Below are positions 13,680 to 27,400 of a DNA stretch of 64,000 bases, piece by piece. The DNA comes from Azolla caroliniana (lineage: Eukaryota; Plantae; Polypodiophyta). The translations under genes and the position numbers were made by a program. Location: contig JBHGNT010000020.1 of assembly GCA_043228905.1 (NCBI GenBank), positions 2,232,001-2,296,000 on the forward strand, in the 5' to 3' direction. Numbering within the stretch: position 1 is the stretch's first letter; each line of letters opens with the position of its first letter. Under the pieces are notes generated by a model. The model did no database searches and had not been told where the DNA came from. It saw only the letters and a program-made list of their open reading frames with translations.

Positions 13680-13879
13680 GAGTACTCCGCATGGTGTGCT
13701 TTAAATAGTTTGACGTGACGCCTTTTCATGGCGACCATTCAAAATCTGAAATAATCTCTCTTTTTTTTCTTTTTTTTTTCTTTCCAATCCTTTGCATGAT
13801 AGCTTGTTTTTCTTTTTTTCATGTATGGCCTGGGTTCCCTTGCCATACCAAGTGTCATTGGGTCATCCGAGAGTTTCCG

Positions 13880-14205
13880 ATTGTACTGGCTCCGGTGCCA
13901 TCAAAATTTCGCCGGTGGCCTTCTGCTCCTCCGGTGTCGTCAGAATTCTGTTGATTGCCTTTTCCATCTGTTCCTCTAGTATCGTTGGAATTTCGCCGGT
14001 TGTCTGGTTCGCTTGTTCCTCTGGTATCGTCGGAACTTCACCGGTTTTCTGGTCCATATGCTCCTCCGGTATCGTTGGAATTTCATTGGTTGTCTAGTCC
14101 ATCTGCTCATCCTGTATCGTTGGAATTGCGATGGTTGTCTGGTCCGTCTGTTCCTCTAATATCCTCGGAATTTCGCTAGTTGTCTGGTCCTTATGCTCCT
14201 CCGGT
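13880..14205 (-). repeat. ~45-bp tandem repeat (about 7 degenerate units) at the end of gypsy B integrase
   Basis: Units translate as EEQxDQTTGEIPTIP-like 15-mers (ORFs 13863-14057 and 14094-14504). Confidence 0.85.
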
Positions 14206-16065
14206 TGCTTGAACGGGTTTGCCAGCGACGGTCCTTTGTAAGATTTCAGCCGAAATCCGTTGACCCATTTCTTTAGCAATTCCCTGGCTAGCGTACCAAG
14301 TTGATAGGATCCCTTCAACGCCCTTGTGATCCAAAATGGTCCGGTCCACTGAAACCTCAGCTTTCTTGGCATGCTGCCCATCCGGGTCTGGAATACCAAT
14401 ACCAGTTTGCCTATTCCGAAGTCCTTTTCGTTGCCCCGTCGGTGTCGGTCCAAAAAAATCTTCTCATCGCCGTTGCTTGAACTCCAATTGCAGAAGACTA
14501 ACAATCATGTGTTCCTCCAATTCACACAATGTTTCTAACTGTATTCTTTCGGATTCTTTCTCGCTCAATCACTCCCGGACCTGTATCCGCAAACTGGGAA
14601 TTTGAAATTCTTTGGGCATGAGTCATGACCGCCTCTAGCCTAAATGCTAATTGGAACGATGTTGTTCGGATGCTTGTTTTGTACGTTGTCTGATATGCCC
14701 ATAACACACTGTGCAATTTTGTATCCCAATTCGTCCAGTTTTCGTTCACAATCTTTCAGAGGATGGTTTGAAGTGTTTTGTTTGTTGATTTGGCCAATCC
14801 GTTAGCCTGCGGATAATATGGCGTGCTTCGTTTGTGGACCACCGCATAGAATGTGGTCAGACTCTCCATGGCATGGACAAGAAAGTGTCCGTCTTGGTCG
14901 GTAATTAACTCGATTGGGCAATCGTACTAACAACATATGTACTCGTACAAAAACTTCTCCGTTGATGCCGCGGTGTTATCTCGAAGAGCTTTAGCCTCCA
15001 CCCATTTGGTACAATAGTCCATGGCTACTACAATTTATCGGTTCCCTGTACACATTGCCAACAACTTGAATGGTTCGACGAAGTCCAACCTCCACTTTTG
15101 GAAAGGTTCCAACGACAGCACTAGTTGATGCGGCATCCGAGCCTGTTCCGTTGGTTGCCCCATTCTTTGGCATAAGTCGCATTCCTTGCAGTACTGGACC
15201 ACGTCTTTAAGGGTTGTCAGCCACCATAACCCACTACACCATATCTTTCGGGCTGTAGCATCTCCGACATAGTGTCCTCTGACAACTCAGCAGTGGGCCT
15301 CTCGTAATACCGCTTCTTTCTCATCACTCTAGACTACACGTCTCCAGATTCTGTCAGGTCCCTTGTGATATAATGTGTCCTACACCAAACAAAAAAGTCG
15401 CTTTGTACTGCAAGTTGTTTCTGCTCGTCCCGGCTCAGCTCTTCGAGAGGTAATCCGATACTTAAAAACTGATGCATGTTCGTGAGCCACTTATCTTCTC
15501 CGGCGACCGTACCATCCACCGCTACCTCCAAGTTCAGAATATACAACTCCACGTCTAGAAACTCGTCGTAGATTCCGTCATAGGATTCATCAGATTCCAA
15601 CCAGCTTAAATAATCTGCTATTGCATGTTGCACTCCGGGCTGATGATATATGTTGAATTTGAATTCCTGTAGTAATACGGTCCATCTTGCTAGCTTCCCC
15701 GTTAGTGACGCCTTTGATACCAGATAGACTAACGCGGAGTGGTCCCCATGGAATGAAAATTTTCAGCCTAACAAATAGTGCCAGTACTTTGTTACACTAT
15801 AAACAAATCCCAAGAGCTTCTCTTTCCGTTGTTGAATAATTTTGCTCAGCTTGGAAAGCTTCCGGCTCACGTAATACACCAGTCGGTACCATTTTGGCTC
15901 CGTGAGTTGCATTAGGACGCTTCCGATGGCTACATCCGGCGTATCTACAAATACGTGGAAATCCTTTGTTCAGTCAGGAGGTTGTACCACCGGTGCCTGT
16001 GAAAGCATGACTTTGAGTGCTTGATAGGCTTTATCCTCCTGCTTTATGCACTGGAATGGTAATAT

Positions 16066-19000
16066 TGTTGGGAATTCGGTCCCTCCGGATGGGATCCAAA
16101 TGAGAACCGGAGGAACCGAACCAGACGGATCCAGATGAATCCGGTGTGAACCGGATCTAGGGACATATCTGTAAAAATGTTTCTAGAGTACCTATCATGG
16201 CCATATTTGTAAATAGTCATAAAGTTATATAAGTATAAATATGAATTAAGGCAATCACTTTGTAATGATGTGGTTGTTATTATCATTGTATAGAGATATA
16301 GAAAGAGAGAGAGCAAGAGAGACACAAAAAGTATTTTTTGTTGTAACCGCCGGTTGGCGAAGACATAGAGCTCGAGGTTGTTGCCTTTGAGTCTCCCATT
16401 GTATCCTCCCTTTCATAGTGATAGTTGGAGTCTGTGGACTCCCGTGGTTTCCACGTTAATATCTAGTGTCGTCTCATACAGTCTAAGTGCATTAATCTTC
16501 ATTTCTGTTTTGCTTTTTCCATTGAGTGTTTAAGACTCGGTTGTGGAAGAGCACTATTCCGCTCAACGTGGTATCAGAGCAAAGGTTCTAAACCTTGAAG
16601 AAAATGGAAGATTCATTTGGAAGCATGTTCAAGCTCACTAGCTCCAACTACCTAGTGTGGAAGTCGAAGATGAGGGACATGCTCGTGGTCAAAGATCTCT
16701 AGCTGCCGGTACAGTTCGGGGACAAGAAACCGGACAAGATCGATGCCACGACGTGGGAGGTGATGCATTCGAAGATGACGACATATATTAGATGCTTCAT
16801 CGACAGGAGTTTGTACAACAACTTTAATGAAGAAAGTAAGGCTCATGTGCTTTGGGAGAAAATCGGTACCATGTTGGAGAGTAAAAATGTCATAAATCGG
16901 GTTTTGGTATTCCAGAAGTTTGTGAGACTTTGGTACCAGGACAGATCCAGCATGGCGGAGCACATGAATACATTATAGGGACTCATAAATCAAACAACCT
17001 CGCTGGAAGTACCTCTAGCTAACGAGGTACTCACGTTGCTTCTGCTCGGATCCCTCCCAGATAGTTGGGAGACGCTAGTTGTCACTTTGGGCAACGCCGG
17101 GCTGGAAGGAAAATAGTTGTCCCTAGCAAGGGTAAAGTCAAGCTTGCTGGATGACGAAGCTCACTGGAGGGACCGGGAGTCCGGAACCGATCCGAAGGCC
17201 TTGGTCATGGAAGATGACCATAATTGAGGAAGAGGCCGGAATCATAGTCCCCAAAACCGGGACAAATTGGGGATGGGGTTGATGTCAAGGGGGAGGCTCA
17301 CTTGCTTTTATTGCGGAAAGCCGAGGCACTTCTAGAAGAATTGTCGACACTTCCAAAAAGCCAAAGGGGAACTTCGATCACGACAACTCAAGAAGATTTT
17401 GGAAAGGAAAGGAACGTCGGCGATCACGACAAGTGAAGAAGAACTACTGCTAATCACCGAGGAGAGTGAGCTGCATCTTGTCAACAACGAAACGACATGG
17501 GTGTTAGACTCCGGTGCGTCATTGCATTTGACCCCCGACCGGAAGTGTTTCTCATCGTACAAAGCAGGAGGTCACGGTTCTGTCCGTATGGGAAATGAAG
17601 GAGCATGCCGAATTGGAGATGTGTGGTTGACGACATCAACCGAGTACAAGTTGCTGTTGACAGATGTGTAACACGCTTCGGAGGTTCGGTTGAACATGAT
17701 ATCAGCCGGTCGGCTAGATGATGAAGGCTACACAGATATTTAGCATCTAGAACTAAGTCATGAATTTTTGCAAAGGATGCCGGATCGTGGCCCGAGTCCA
17801 GAAGATCAACACACTGTACCTGATGCATGTCCGGATTTGCCAAGAAGAAGTGAACGTGGCATCCGACATTGCCGGTGAGTTGTGGCACAAGAGGTTGTGC
17901 AACATGAGCCAAAAGGGAATGCGAAGACTTGCCGAGGACAACCTCATTCCGGAGGTGAAAGATGTGCAGCTTGAGAAGTGCATCGACTATTTGGCCGGTA
18001 AGTAGAACCGAACCTCCTTCGGAACCTGAACACCGATGAGATGGAGCGCATCGCTACAACTTGTGCATACCAATGGATGCCAAGTGGACACAAAGTCACA
18101 TGCCGGATCGCAGTACTTCGTGACGTTCATAGAAAACCACAACCAGAAGCTGTGGGTCTCACCACTGAAGACGAAGGATCAGGTATTATTTATCTTCAAG
18201 GAATTGCACGCGAGGGTGGGAAGGGAAACTGGATAGAAGTTGAAGGCGGTTCGAGCGGACAACTGAGGAGAATACCGGGGACAGTTCGAGGAGTATTGTC
18301 GGTCAAAGGGAATCCGACTGGAATTCACCGTGCTGAAGACACCATAGCTGAACGGATTGGCCGAAAGGATGAACCAGATTGTAATGGAGAGAGTCCGGAG
18401 TATGCTAGCACATTCCAAGTTATCCAAGAAGTTTTGGGATGGGGTGCTGATGACAACGACGCATGTGATAAATAGATCACCCTCAACGTCTTTGGACGGA
18501 AACACATCACAAAAAGTATGAACCGTTAAAGACGTGTCTTATTTGCATCTGAAGGTGTTCGGTTGTCTCACTTACGTGCATGTTGCAAGGGACAAGAGAG
18601 CAAAGTTGGATCCCATGCATATTCCTTCGATACGATGATGATGAGTTCGGATACCGAGTGTGGGACTTGGTCGTCAAGAAGGTCTTCTGGAATCGTGACA
18701 TAGTCTTCATGGAAGACAAGAACATTGCTGACTGGGAGTCGGAGAAGAAGATAGTGGACTCCGGGTTGACCGACAGAGATCGGCCAGAAGATACAAGGAC
18801 CCATCCGATTGGAAGCCGGACGACACTCGAAGAACCAGCCGGAGTCGGACAAGAAACTGAACCGGTCGAAGAAGAAAAATTTGGACACCGGAACCGGACA
18901 AGACCCCGAATCGGATTTAGATGAAGAGAAAATGGAGGAACCGGTGGTTGAGGACCAAGGAAGGAGATACCCTCTAAGAGAGAGAAGGCCCCCCTGGAGA

Positions 19001-21125
19001 TTTCTAGATGTAGAGCATGTGTTGCTGACCAACGAGGGGGAGCCGAAAAGCTTGGAGGGAGCAGAGAAAGACACCCACAACCACAAGTGGTTAACTGCCA
19101 TGCAGGATGAGATAGATTCCGTGCATGAGAACCACACATATGAATTGACGGAGCTGCCGAAAGGAAAGAGAGCACTCTGGAACAAGTGGGTGTACAAATT
19201 GAAACCGGGAGATGCCGAAAATCCACCAAGGTATAAGGCCCGCATTGTGGTGAAGGGTTTCCAGCAGAAGAAGGAAATGGATTTTGATGACATCTTTGCC
19301 CCGGTAGTCAAGATGACATCCATCCGGACTATATTGAGCATTACGGCAAGCATGGACCTCGAGGTCGAACAATTAGACTTCAAGACAGTGTTCCTGCACG
19401 GTGACCTCGAAGAAGAGATCTACATGCAACAACCAGAGGGATTTGTCAAGAAAGGGAAGGAGCACCTGGTATGCCGGTTGATGAAGAGCTTATACGGACT
19501 GAAGCAAGCTTCCCGGCAATGGTACCGGAAGTTCGACTCCTTCATGACCGACCAAGGATACCAAAAGATGTTGGCCGACCACTGCGTATTTGTGAAGAAG
19601 TTTGATGGAGGAGACTTCTTGATACTCCTGCTGTATGTGGATGACATGCTGATCGTCGGACTGGACTGAACCAAAATTGGAAGTCTGAAGAAGGCCTTGA
19701 ACCAGACCTTCTCAATGAAAGATCTGGGTTCGGCGAGATAGATATTGGGGATGCACATAGTCCGGGACCGGACGAAGAAAATATTGTGGATGTCACAACA
19801 GAAGTACGTGACAAAGGTGCTCCAACAGTTCAACATGTCGAATGCCAAGCCGGTCGGGTCGACACTTTCAGCAAATTGCAAGCTGTCCGGAAAGAAAAGT
19901 CCAAAGACAAAGGCAGAGAAGTCAGAGATGATGAAGATACCATACGTCTCTGCCGTCAGAAGCCTGATGTACGCAATGGTGTGTACCCGGTCGGATATAT
20001 GATATGCAGTTGGAGTGGTCAGCCGATTCAAGAGCAATCCGGGAAGAGAACACTAGAACGCGGTCAAGTGGATACTCCGATACTTGAAAGGAACCTCAAG
20101 TATGTGCCTCCGATTCGGGCAAGGAAAACCCCAAGTTGAAGGATCCACGGATTCAGATATGTCAGTTGATGCGGATACCAACCGATCTACATCCGGATAT
20201 GTCATGACATATGCAGGGGGAGCTGTATCATGGCAGTCGAGGCTGCAGAATTTCGTTGCACTGTCGACAACGGAATTTGAGTACATGGCGGCTGTAGAAG
20301 CTAGTAAAGAGGTAATCTAGATGAAGGACTTCATTGGAAAGCTAGGTATCCGGCAGGAGGAATTCTGGCTCTATTGTGACAATCAAAGTGCCATCCACCT
20401 CGCGGCATGTGACCTACCATTCCCAGACCAAGCACATCCAGAGAATATATCACTAGCTCTAGGAAAAGGTAGAAGATAAAGAGTTCTTGCTGACGAAGAT
20501 CCATACGGTGGAGAATGGGTCGGACATGCTGACCAAGGTGTTGTCAGCTGACAAGTTGGATGTGTGCAAGAGACAGATTGGATTGACAAGACATCCCATG
20601 ACGGAGTGAAGGGGGAGTTTGTTGGGAATTCGGTCCCTCAGGATGGGATTTGGATGAGAACCGGAGGAACCGGACCAGACGGATCCGGATGAATCCGGTG
20701 TGAACCCGATCCAGGGACATCTATAAATATGTTTCTAGAGTGCCTTTCATGGCGATATTTGTAAATAGTCGTAAAGTCATATAAGTATAAATATGACATA
20801 AGGTAATGACTTTGTAATGATGTGGTTGTTATTATCATTGTATAGAGATATAGAAAGAGAGAGACAGAGAAAGTATTTTTTGTTGTAAGCGCCGGTTGGC
20901 TAAGCCATAGAGCTTGAGGTCATTGCCTCTGAGTCTCACATTGTATCCTCCCTTTCATAGTGATAGTTGGAGTTTGTGGGCTCCCGTGGTTTTTTCCCGA
21001 TTAGGGTTTTCCACGTTAACATCTGGTGTCGTCTCATACTGTGTAAGTGCATTTAATCTTCATTTCTGTTTTGTTTCTCCATTGAGTGTTTAAGACTCGG
21101 TTGTGGCCGAGCACTATTCCACGTA
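16066..21125 (+). mobile_element. Full-length decayed Ty1/copia element C nested in gypsy B
   Basis: LTRs at 16066-16565 and 20620-21125. PBS TGGTATCAGAGC at 16569-16580. PPT GGAGTGAAGGGGGAG precedes 20620. TSD AATAT/AATCT. Gag-PR-INT-RT(YVDD)-RH is present with many stops. Confidence 0.95.
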
Positions 21126-21457
21126 AATCTATGTACTCTTGCATGCAACTAAGTGGCGAAATCCGCTAAGTACCGGAGTATCCGGCTGTGCCACCGGATT
21201 TGCTCCAAGAATCGGCTCAAGGTCTTCGCGTTTGTTGGTGCCGATGCTTGCCGAATTGCTTTCACTTTGTCCAGATCCACTGCAATTCCTTCTTTGCTCA
21301 CTATGCGTCCGAACAGGGCTCTGTTGGTTACCCCAAATACGCAATTTGTCAGATTTAAACTCAATCTATATCCCCAACATTTCTCAAGACACATATGGAG
21401 ATGGTCCAAGTGGTTCTCCCTCTCGCTATAAACGGCAAAATAATTGAGAAACATATG

Positions 21458-23825
21458 TGTTGAGAATCAAGCTCAACTTGGTCTAGTGTGTGAACTCACA
21501 TTGAGAGTGAATAGACACTCTAACAATCAAGAGTCACCATTAAGTCACCACTTTGTATTCTAGCATTTAGTATGAGTCATAGAATCATATTCTATGACAC
21601 ATAACTTATGAGTTTTCAAATTCCCCATGGTCCATGAGTCTTGTAGTTAATGAAGAGAGAGGGTGACTATATAAAGCACCCTCCTCCCACCTTGTATTGG
21701 GTTGAGTCTTTCTCCTTTGTTAATATAATCTACCTTGCGTATACTCTGTGTCTTACTCCTTGTGTCTATCTCTCTCTCTCTCTCTCTCATACACACACAC
21801 AGTTCACACCTATTCTGCTACACAAGAATCACACCCGTTTCTTTACATGGTATCAAAGCCATTTGGTAGCTCGATCTAGCCCATTCGCCTCATCGTGATC
21901 GTGTGTTGTGCTCCACGCTGACGACCAAGAACCGGTGCATCGCTATCGTAGCTTGGCTACATAGCTTGCATTCGAAGAGAGAAGAAGAAGAAGAATCAAC
22001 ATAATGAATACTCAAATGGGGAGTGCTCTCCCTACCGAGAAGTTGGATCGAAACAACTTCGCATCTTGGGAGTACAAGATGCACCAATAGCTTGTCGGAC
22101 AAGGCTATTGGAGGTACATCAAAGGAGAGCACGAAGACCGACCCGCCGAAGCGGCTCCCGGATATGCGACATGGGAGCAAGCCGCAAGATGCGTGATGTA
22201 TTGCTTGGCGACATGTGTTCACGATCACATGCTCGGCTACATTCACGAAGCCAAGACGCCGAAGGAGGCATGGGAAAATCTACCAAAGATTTTCGCGGTG
22301 AACACAACCCCAAGAAGGCTTCAACTCCACCAAGAGTTGAACAACATTCAACAAAGGGACATGTCCATCACAACATACACCTTGAAGATCAAGGAGCTTT
22401 GCGACTCACTCGGCTCGATAAGCGTAAGTATAGATGATGATGAGATGATGCAAATATGCCTCGGCGGCCTCGCACCATGGTTCGGCGCGATGCGAACTGC
22501 CGTTCTAGCAAGGGAGAAATCTCCCTTCTTCTTCGAGCTCCAATCAATGCCATTGGTCAAAGAAAACCACGTGCATACAAGGAGCCACGAATCGGAAGGC
22601 CACATGCTCTACACGCACTCGAACGGAGGAAGAGGACGCGGACGAGCGAGAGGCCGATTCGGCCAAGGACAAGGCGGATGATGTCTGACCTACAACAATA
22701 ACTCCCAATTTCGGCCGCAAAACAGAAGCCAACGAGGAACCTTCACAAGAAGGGGGAGCTTCTACTCCGGCCCGAGCCGTCAAAACGCAACAGAATGCGG
22801 ATATTGCGGAAAGCTCGGCCACCACGAAGAAGAGTGCCAAAAGATGATGCGCGAAACGGCTTCCACAAGCTGGCAACTCACGAATTACGCGCACAATTCC
22901 GACTACGAAGAGTATAGCGGAATGTATGGGCACAACTTTGACTACGAAGATCGTGGCGGAATGTATGCACACAAGTCCGACCGTGGCGGAATGTTCATGA
23001 TGAAACCCTTTCAATCACATCGGAATACAGGGGTGCGGTAGTGGCTGCATGTGAAGCTGTATGGCTCCAAAGGATACTCAAGGATCTGGGCGTACCCATC
23101 AAGGATCCGACTTTCCTTTACTGCGACAACACGAGCAGTATCTATCTGGCTCAGAACCCGGTGTTCCACGCGCGGACAAAGCACATCGAAGTGCACTATC
23201 ACTTCATCCAAGAGCGCGTTCTAGCTGGCGATGTCGACCTACAACACATTATCACCAATCTTCAAACGGCCGACATCTTCACTAAAGCCTTAGGAGCCGA
23301 CAAGCTATGGCCATTCATGACTGATCTCGGATTGACGATCCCAGACCCGCCAAGCTTGAGGGGGAGTACTAAAGACATTACGCAATAACGCGTGGATTAT
23401 GGAATCTACGCAACGAAGCCGTGAAGAGCCGATTTACCGTGCAAAGTTGCGAAAAAAGACGCAAGTCGAAGCACAGATTTCGCAACTACGCACAACGCAA
23501 GCTGGAGCACGGATTCCGCAACTCCGCATAAATGTGAGTCGAGCGGATTTCAGATACCGTCTGAAACCGACCCGACTTGAGCTTGAGGGGGCGTGTTGAG
23601 AATCAAGCTCAACTTGGTCTAGTGTGTGAACTCACGTTGAGAGTGAATAGACACTCCAACAGTCAAGAGTCACCATTAAGTCACCACTTTGTATTCTAGC
23701 ATTTAGTATGAGTCATAGAATCATATTCTATGACACATAACTTATGAGCTTTCACATTCCCCATGCTCCATGAGTCTTGTAGTTAATGAAGAGAGAGGGT
23801 GACTATATAAAGCACCCTCCTCCCA
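21458..23825 (+). mobile_element. Internally deleted Ty1/copia element D (gag plus end of RNase H)
   Basis: 5' LTR 21458-21847 and PBS 21848-21859. Gag (22193-22681) is joined near 23010 to RNase H (ARTKHIEVHYHF, ADIFTKAL). The PPT is followed by a truncated 3' LTR at 23594-23825. Confidence 0.9.
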
Positions 23826-24460
23826 GTGGTCCTCCCTCTCGTTATAAACAACAAAATCATTGAGAAACATATGCATGATGGCCGGAATATATTCTCCGAA
23901 TATTTCCATTATAATCCGTTGAAATGTTGCCGGTGCCATCTTTAGCCCAAACATCGTGACGACTCCAACAAACACTCCCCATTCCCTCACGAATGCCATC
24001 TTTTCCTGGTCATCCGGATGCATCCAGATTTGATTATAGCCACTAAATCCGTTTAGGAACCTGTAAACTTCATGTCTGGCTACCGCGTCCAATACTCAAT
24101 TCGTAAATGGTAGTGGAAAGGCATCCGTCACAGTAGTTGCGTTGAGTTTCCGGTAGTCGACACAGACCCAGATTTTCCTGTTCTTCTTTGGTACTACGAC
24201 TATCAGACTTAACCAGTGACCTATTTCACCGGCCGGATAAAACCTACTCTCAACAATTTGTCAATTTCTTCTTTCACCTTTAGCACCTAATTCAGGTTCA
24301 TCCGGTATCGTCTTTGTGGTACTGGTTTAGCATCCTTACTGAGGTGGATCTGATGTTGATATAGCTTGGAGTCTAATCCCTGCATATCTTCATAGGACTA
24401 GGCAAAGACATCCCTGAATTCTTTCAACAATTCGATCATTGCCATTTTATCGTTAGATTG

Positions 24461-27400
24461 TGTTGAGATACAAGCTCAACATTGGCCGGATCGGCTATGC
24501 AAGCCGAGTACCGGACGTGTTGGGACCGATCGGTTAGGCTGGACCGGTGCGTAAAACGGATGCGTAAACTGGTACACAAACCAGTGCGTAACGAGAGGCC
24601 GTATCGGTGCGTAAAACGAAAGGCTGTTAGAGAGATATTCCTCGTAAAGGAATAATTTTGGGAGTGAGTGTCAAGGCTCACTTATGAGAAGTCAAGTACT
24701 GTTAGTACTTGTGTTAGCCCGATTGTCAGGGCTTGTATAAAAGGTGCTCACTGAGCACGGTGTATGTACACAGAGTTAGTATTTTTTGAATTGAACTTCT
24801 TGTGTGTTCTCTCCCTGTCTCTCCCGCGTAATGTGTATACTCAAGCTCTCCATTAAACCTGCGTATTTTCTGTGGGTTTGGTTTTCTATTGCTTCTGCAC
24901 ATAATCTTTTACATGGTATCAGAGCGCGAGGGTTGAGAACCTCTGCAGCCGACATAGCTTGAAAGAAAAACCAACCAAGAAGAACAGGCAAAACTGATGG
25001 ATAGAGGCATGGCAAGCTCGCTTGCAACAGAGAAGCTCGATAGAAGCAACTACGTGTCTTGGTCTTACAAGATGCTCGGACACAGTTACTGGAGCTATGT
25101 CGATGGAGCAAATGACACAGCACCCGATTCGACACAAAAAGACTTCCCGGCTTGGGAACAGTCGGCGAGCAGAGTATTGTACTGCTTCGCATCTTGTGTG
25201 GGCGAACAACTCCTAAGCTATATTCGGGATGCGAAAACGGCAAAGGATGCTGGGGGAAATCGGAAGAAGATCTTCGCCGCAAGCACCACAACCAGGAAGC
25301 TTCAACTCCGACAGGAGCTAAGCAATTTACGACAATGCGACTTGTCGGTGGCTGATTACACCTCGAAGATCAAAGATATATGGGACTCTCTAGCCTCTAT
25401 CGATGTGAACGTCGAGGAAGGCGAGATGGTGCAAATCTGTCATGGGGGACTGGCGTCAAAGTTCGGAGCGTTCCGAACTGCTCTGTGTACACGGGAGAAT
25501 ACGCCGTCGTTTTTCGACTTACAGTTGATGCTCCTTATAGAGGAGAACCGCATGGGTGCGTCGACAAGCACACATGCCGATAACAAGATGCTGTACACAG
25601 AGGAAGATAGGTCTCGTGGTCGTGGCGGACGAGGTGAGTCGGTACGCAATGGAGGCGGCCGACGGGATCAAGGAAGAAGGCACCAAAGTGATGCCGATAG
25701 CAATTCTGGACCCTCCGGAAATAGGGGGAGTCGAGGCGAAGAGAACCGGCAAGGGAAATCCTCCATGGAATGCTGGTACTATGGCAAGAAAGGTCACATG
25801 GAGAGCGAGTGCTGGAAAAAGCGCGCCGATTCGGAGAGAACCGGGTCCGGAACAAGTTCCGGACAGACTGACAAAGGAAATCGGCAACGATCGCACTACG
25901 CCGAAGGATCCGGAGAAGCCGAAAAAGGGTCAGTCTTCGTGATGAGACACGAAGCAAACTCGATGAAGAAGATCACCCCGAAGTCGGAGGAGGTGTGGTA
26001 CGTCGACTCCGGGCGTCAAACCACATGACGTTGTCGTGAAGAAAACCGTCCCTTAGCGCAATCGGTGTATAGCGCGTGTGAACTGGCTCTTCATGCGTGC
26101 GCGCCCTTTAATGTATATAATAGGGAATTAAGTACATAGGCATATCCGGGGGTAGTTAGATTCGGTAGGTAGGAAGTAAATGAGGGAGATGGCTCCCTTC
26201 TTGAAGCTATAAAGGAGAGGGAGACTCGGGGAGAAAGGGATCGCGCATTAAGGAGGACGAAGTGTTGTCGGACCGTAACCGAACGCTTCTCCTCTATTTG
26301 TTCTCCATCGCTCTTCTCTGCAGGGTTTCGGGAGGCTCGTGCTGCTTCGAGGAACGCCCGTGTGCTTCTGGCAGCACCTCCACCCTTTTCTCCTTTCGTG
26401 CGCAGACGAACAGGCATCGGCATCTGTTCGCCGGCCTGTTCGGTTGTAACCGCTCGCGTGCTCTGTTGTGTATTTGATATTCATTAATATACAAACACTT
26501 GTGTCTCCCTGTCTCTGTGTCCATTCGCATCTTCTGTGTTGACGGGCCGTGCCACCTGTGTTTCTTTGCTCATACGTGACCGGGCGTCTCTCTCTTTCCC
26601 TTTCCCCTTCTATCACCTGCTCTTCGGTTCAAGACCCCAGTGGTCCCGCCTCATTTCTCCACGCACGCGCGTAGCAACGTGACAACGTGCCACGAGGAGT
26701 GGTTCTCATACCTTGAGAAACCGACGCAACCAAGAGTAGTCGCAACCGGAGACGACACTCCGCATCCGATCGCAAATGTTAGTGAAGTTCCCTTGAGCCA
26801 TGTTGGGCAGAAAGGGAAACTTATGAACTTGCTACACATCCCAACAATCACGAAGAATCTGGTGTCGGTCGGGCAGATCGTCGACCAGGGGATGCAAGTT
26901 TGGTTCACGCATCTCGGGTGCTTCATCGAGGAAGAAGGCCGAGTTATTGCGCAAGGGCGTAGAGACGGGAGGATGTTTATCCTCGACTCTAGTGACGGTG
27001 GCACCGCAATGTTCGCGAAAGGACAAAAAGTCGAGTTGGACATCGACTTATGGCACAAGCGGATAGGCCACGTCAACTATCAACGGCTTCAGGACCTGCA
27101 ATCGAAATAGGTGGTGTTCGGATTGCCCAAATTTAGTTGTCGGAAGGCACAAATTTGTGAAGCCTCCCAGCTAGGGAAGCAACACCAACTTCCCTTTCCT
27201 AACGAGCGTAACCGGAGCCGGAACAAGCTTGACTTGATACATTCCGATGTATGGGGGCCGACACAGAATGTTAATCTTGGCGGGAGTTGATATTTCGTCT
27301 CCTTCATCGACAACTATACGTGGCACACGTGGATCTACCTTATTGAGAAGAAGAGTGAAGTCTTTGACTGTTTTCGAGACCTCAAAGGGTTAGTGGAAAC

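Noticed and set aside
13880-14205. Repeat array as CRISPR-like
   Set aside because: Units are contiguous, degenerate and coding-frame sized, with no unique spacers and no cas genes, in a eukaryotic context.
18507-20037. Long antisense ORFs opposite copia RT (also 32846-33607, 34962-35474, 35943-36446)
   Set aside because: They are shadows of RT codon usage with no independent domain signal.
26023-26690. ACGT as part of the element's terminal inverted repeat rather than a TSD
   Set aside because: Internal LTR ends of J lack ACGT, and host frames need exactly one ACGT.
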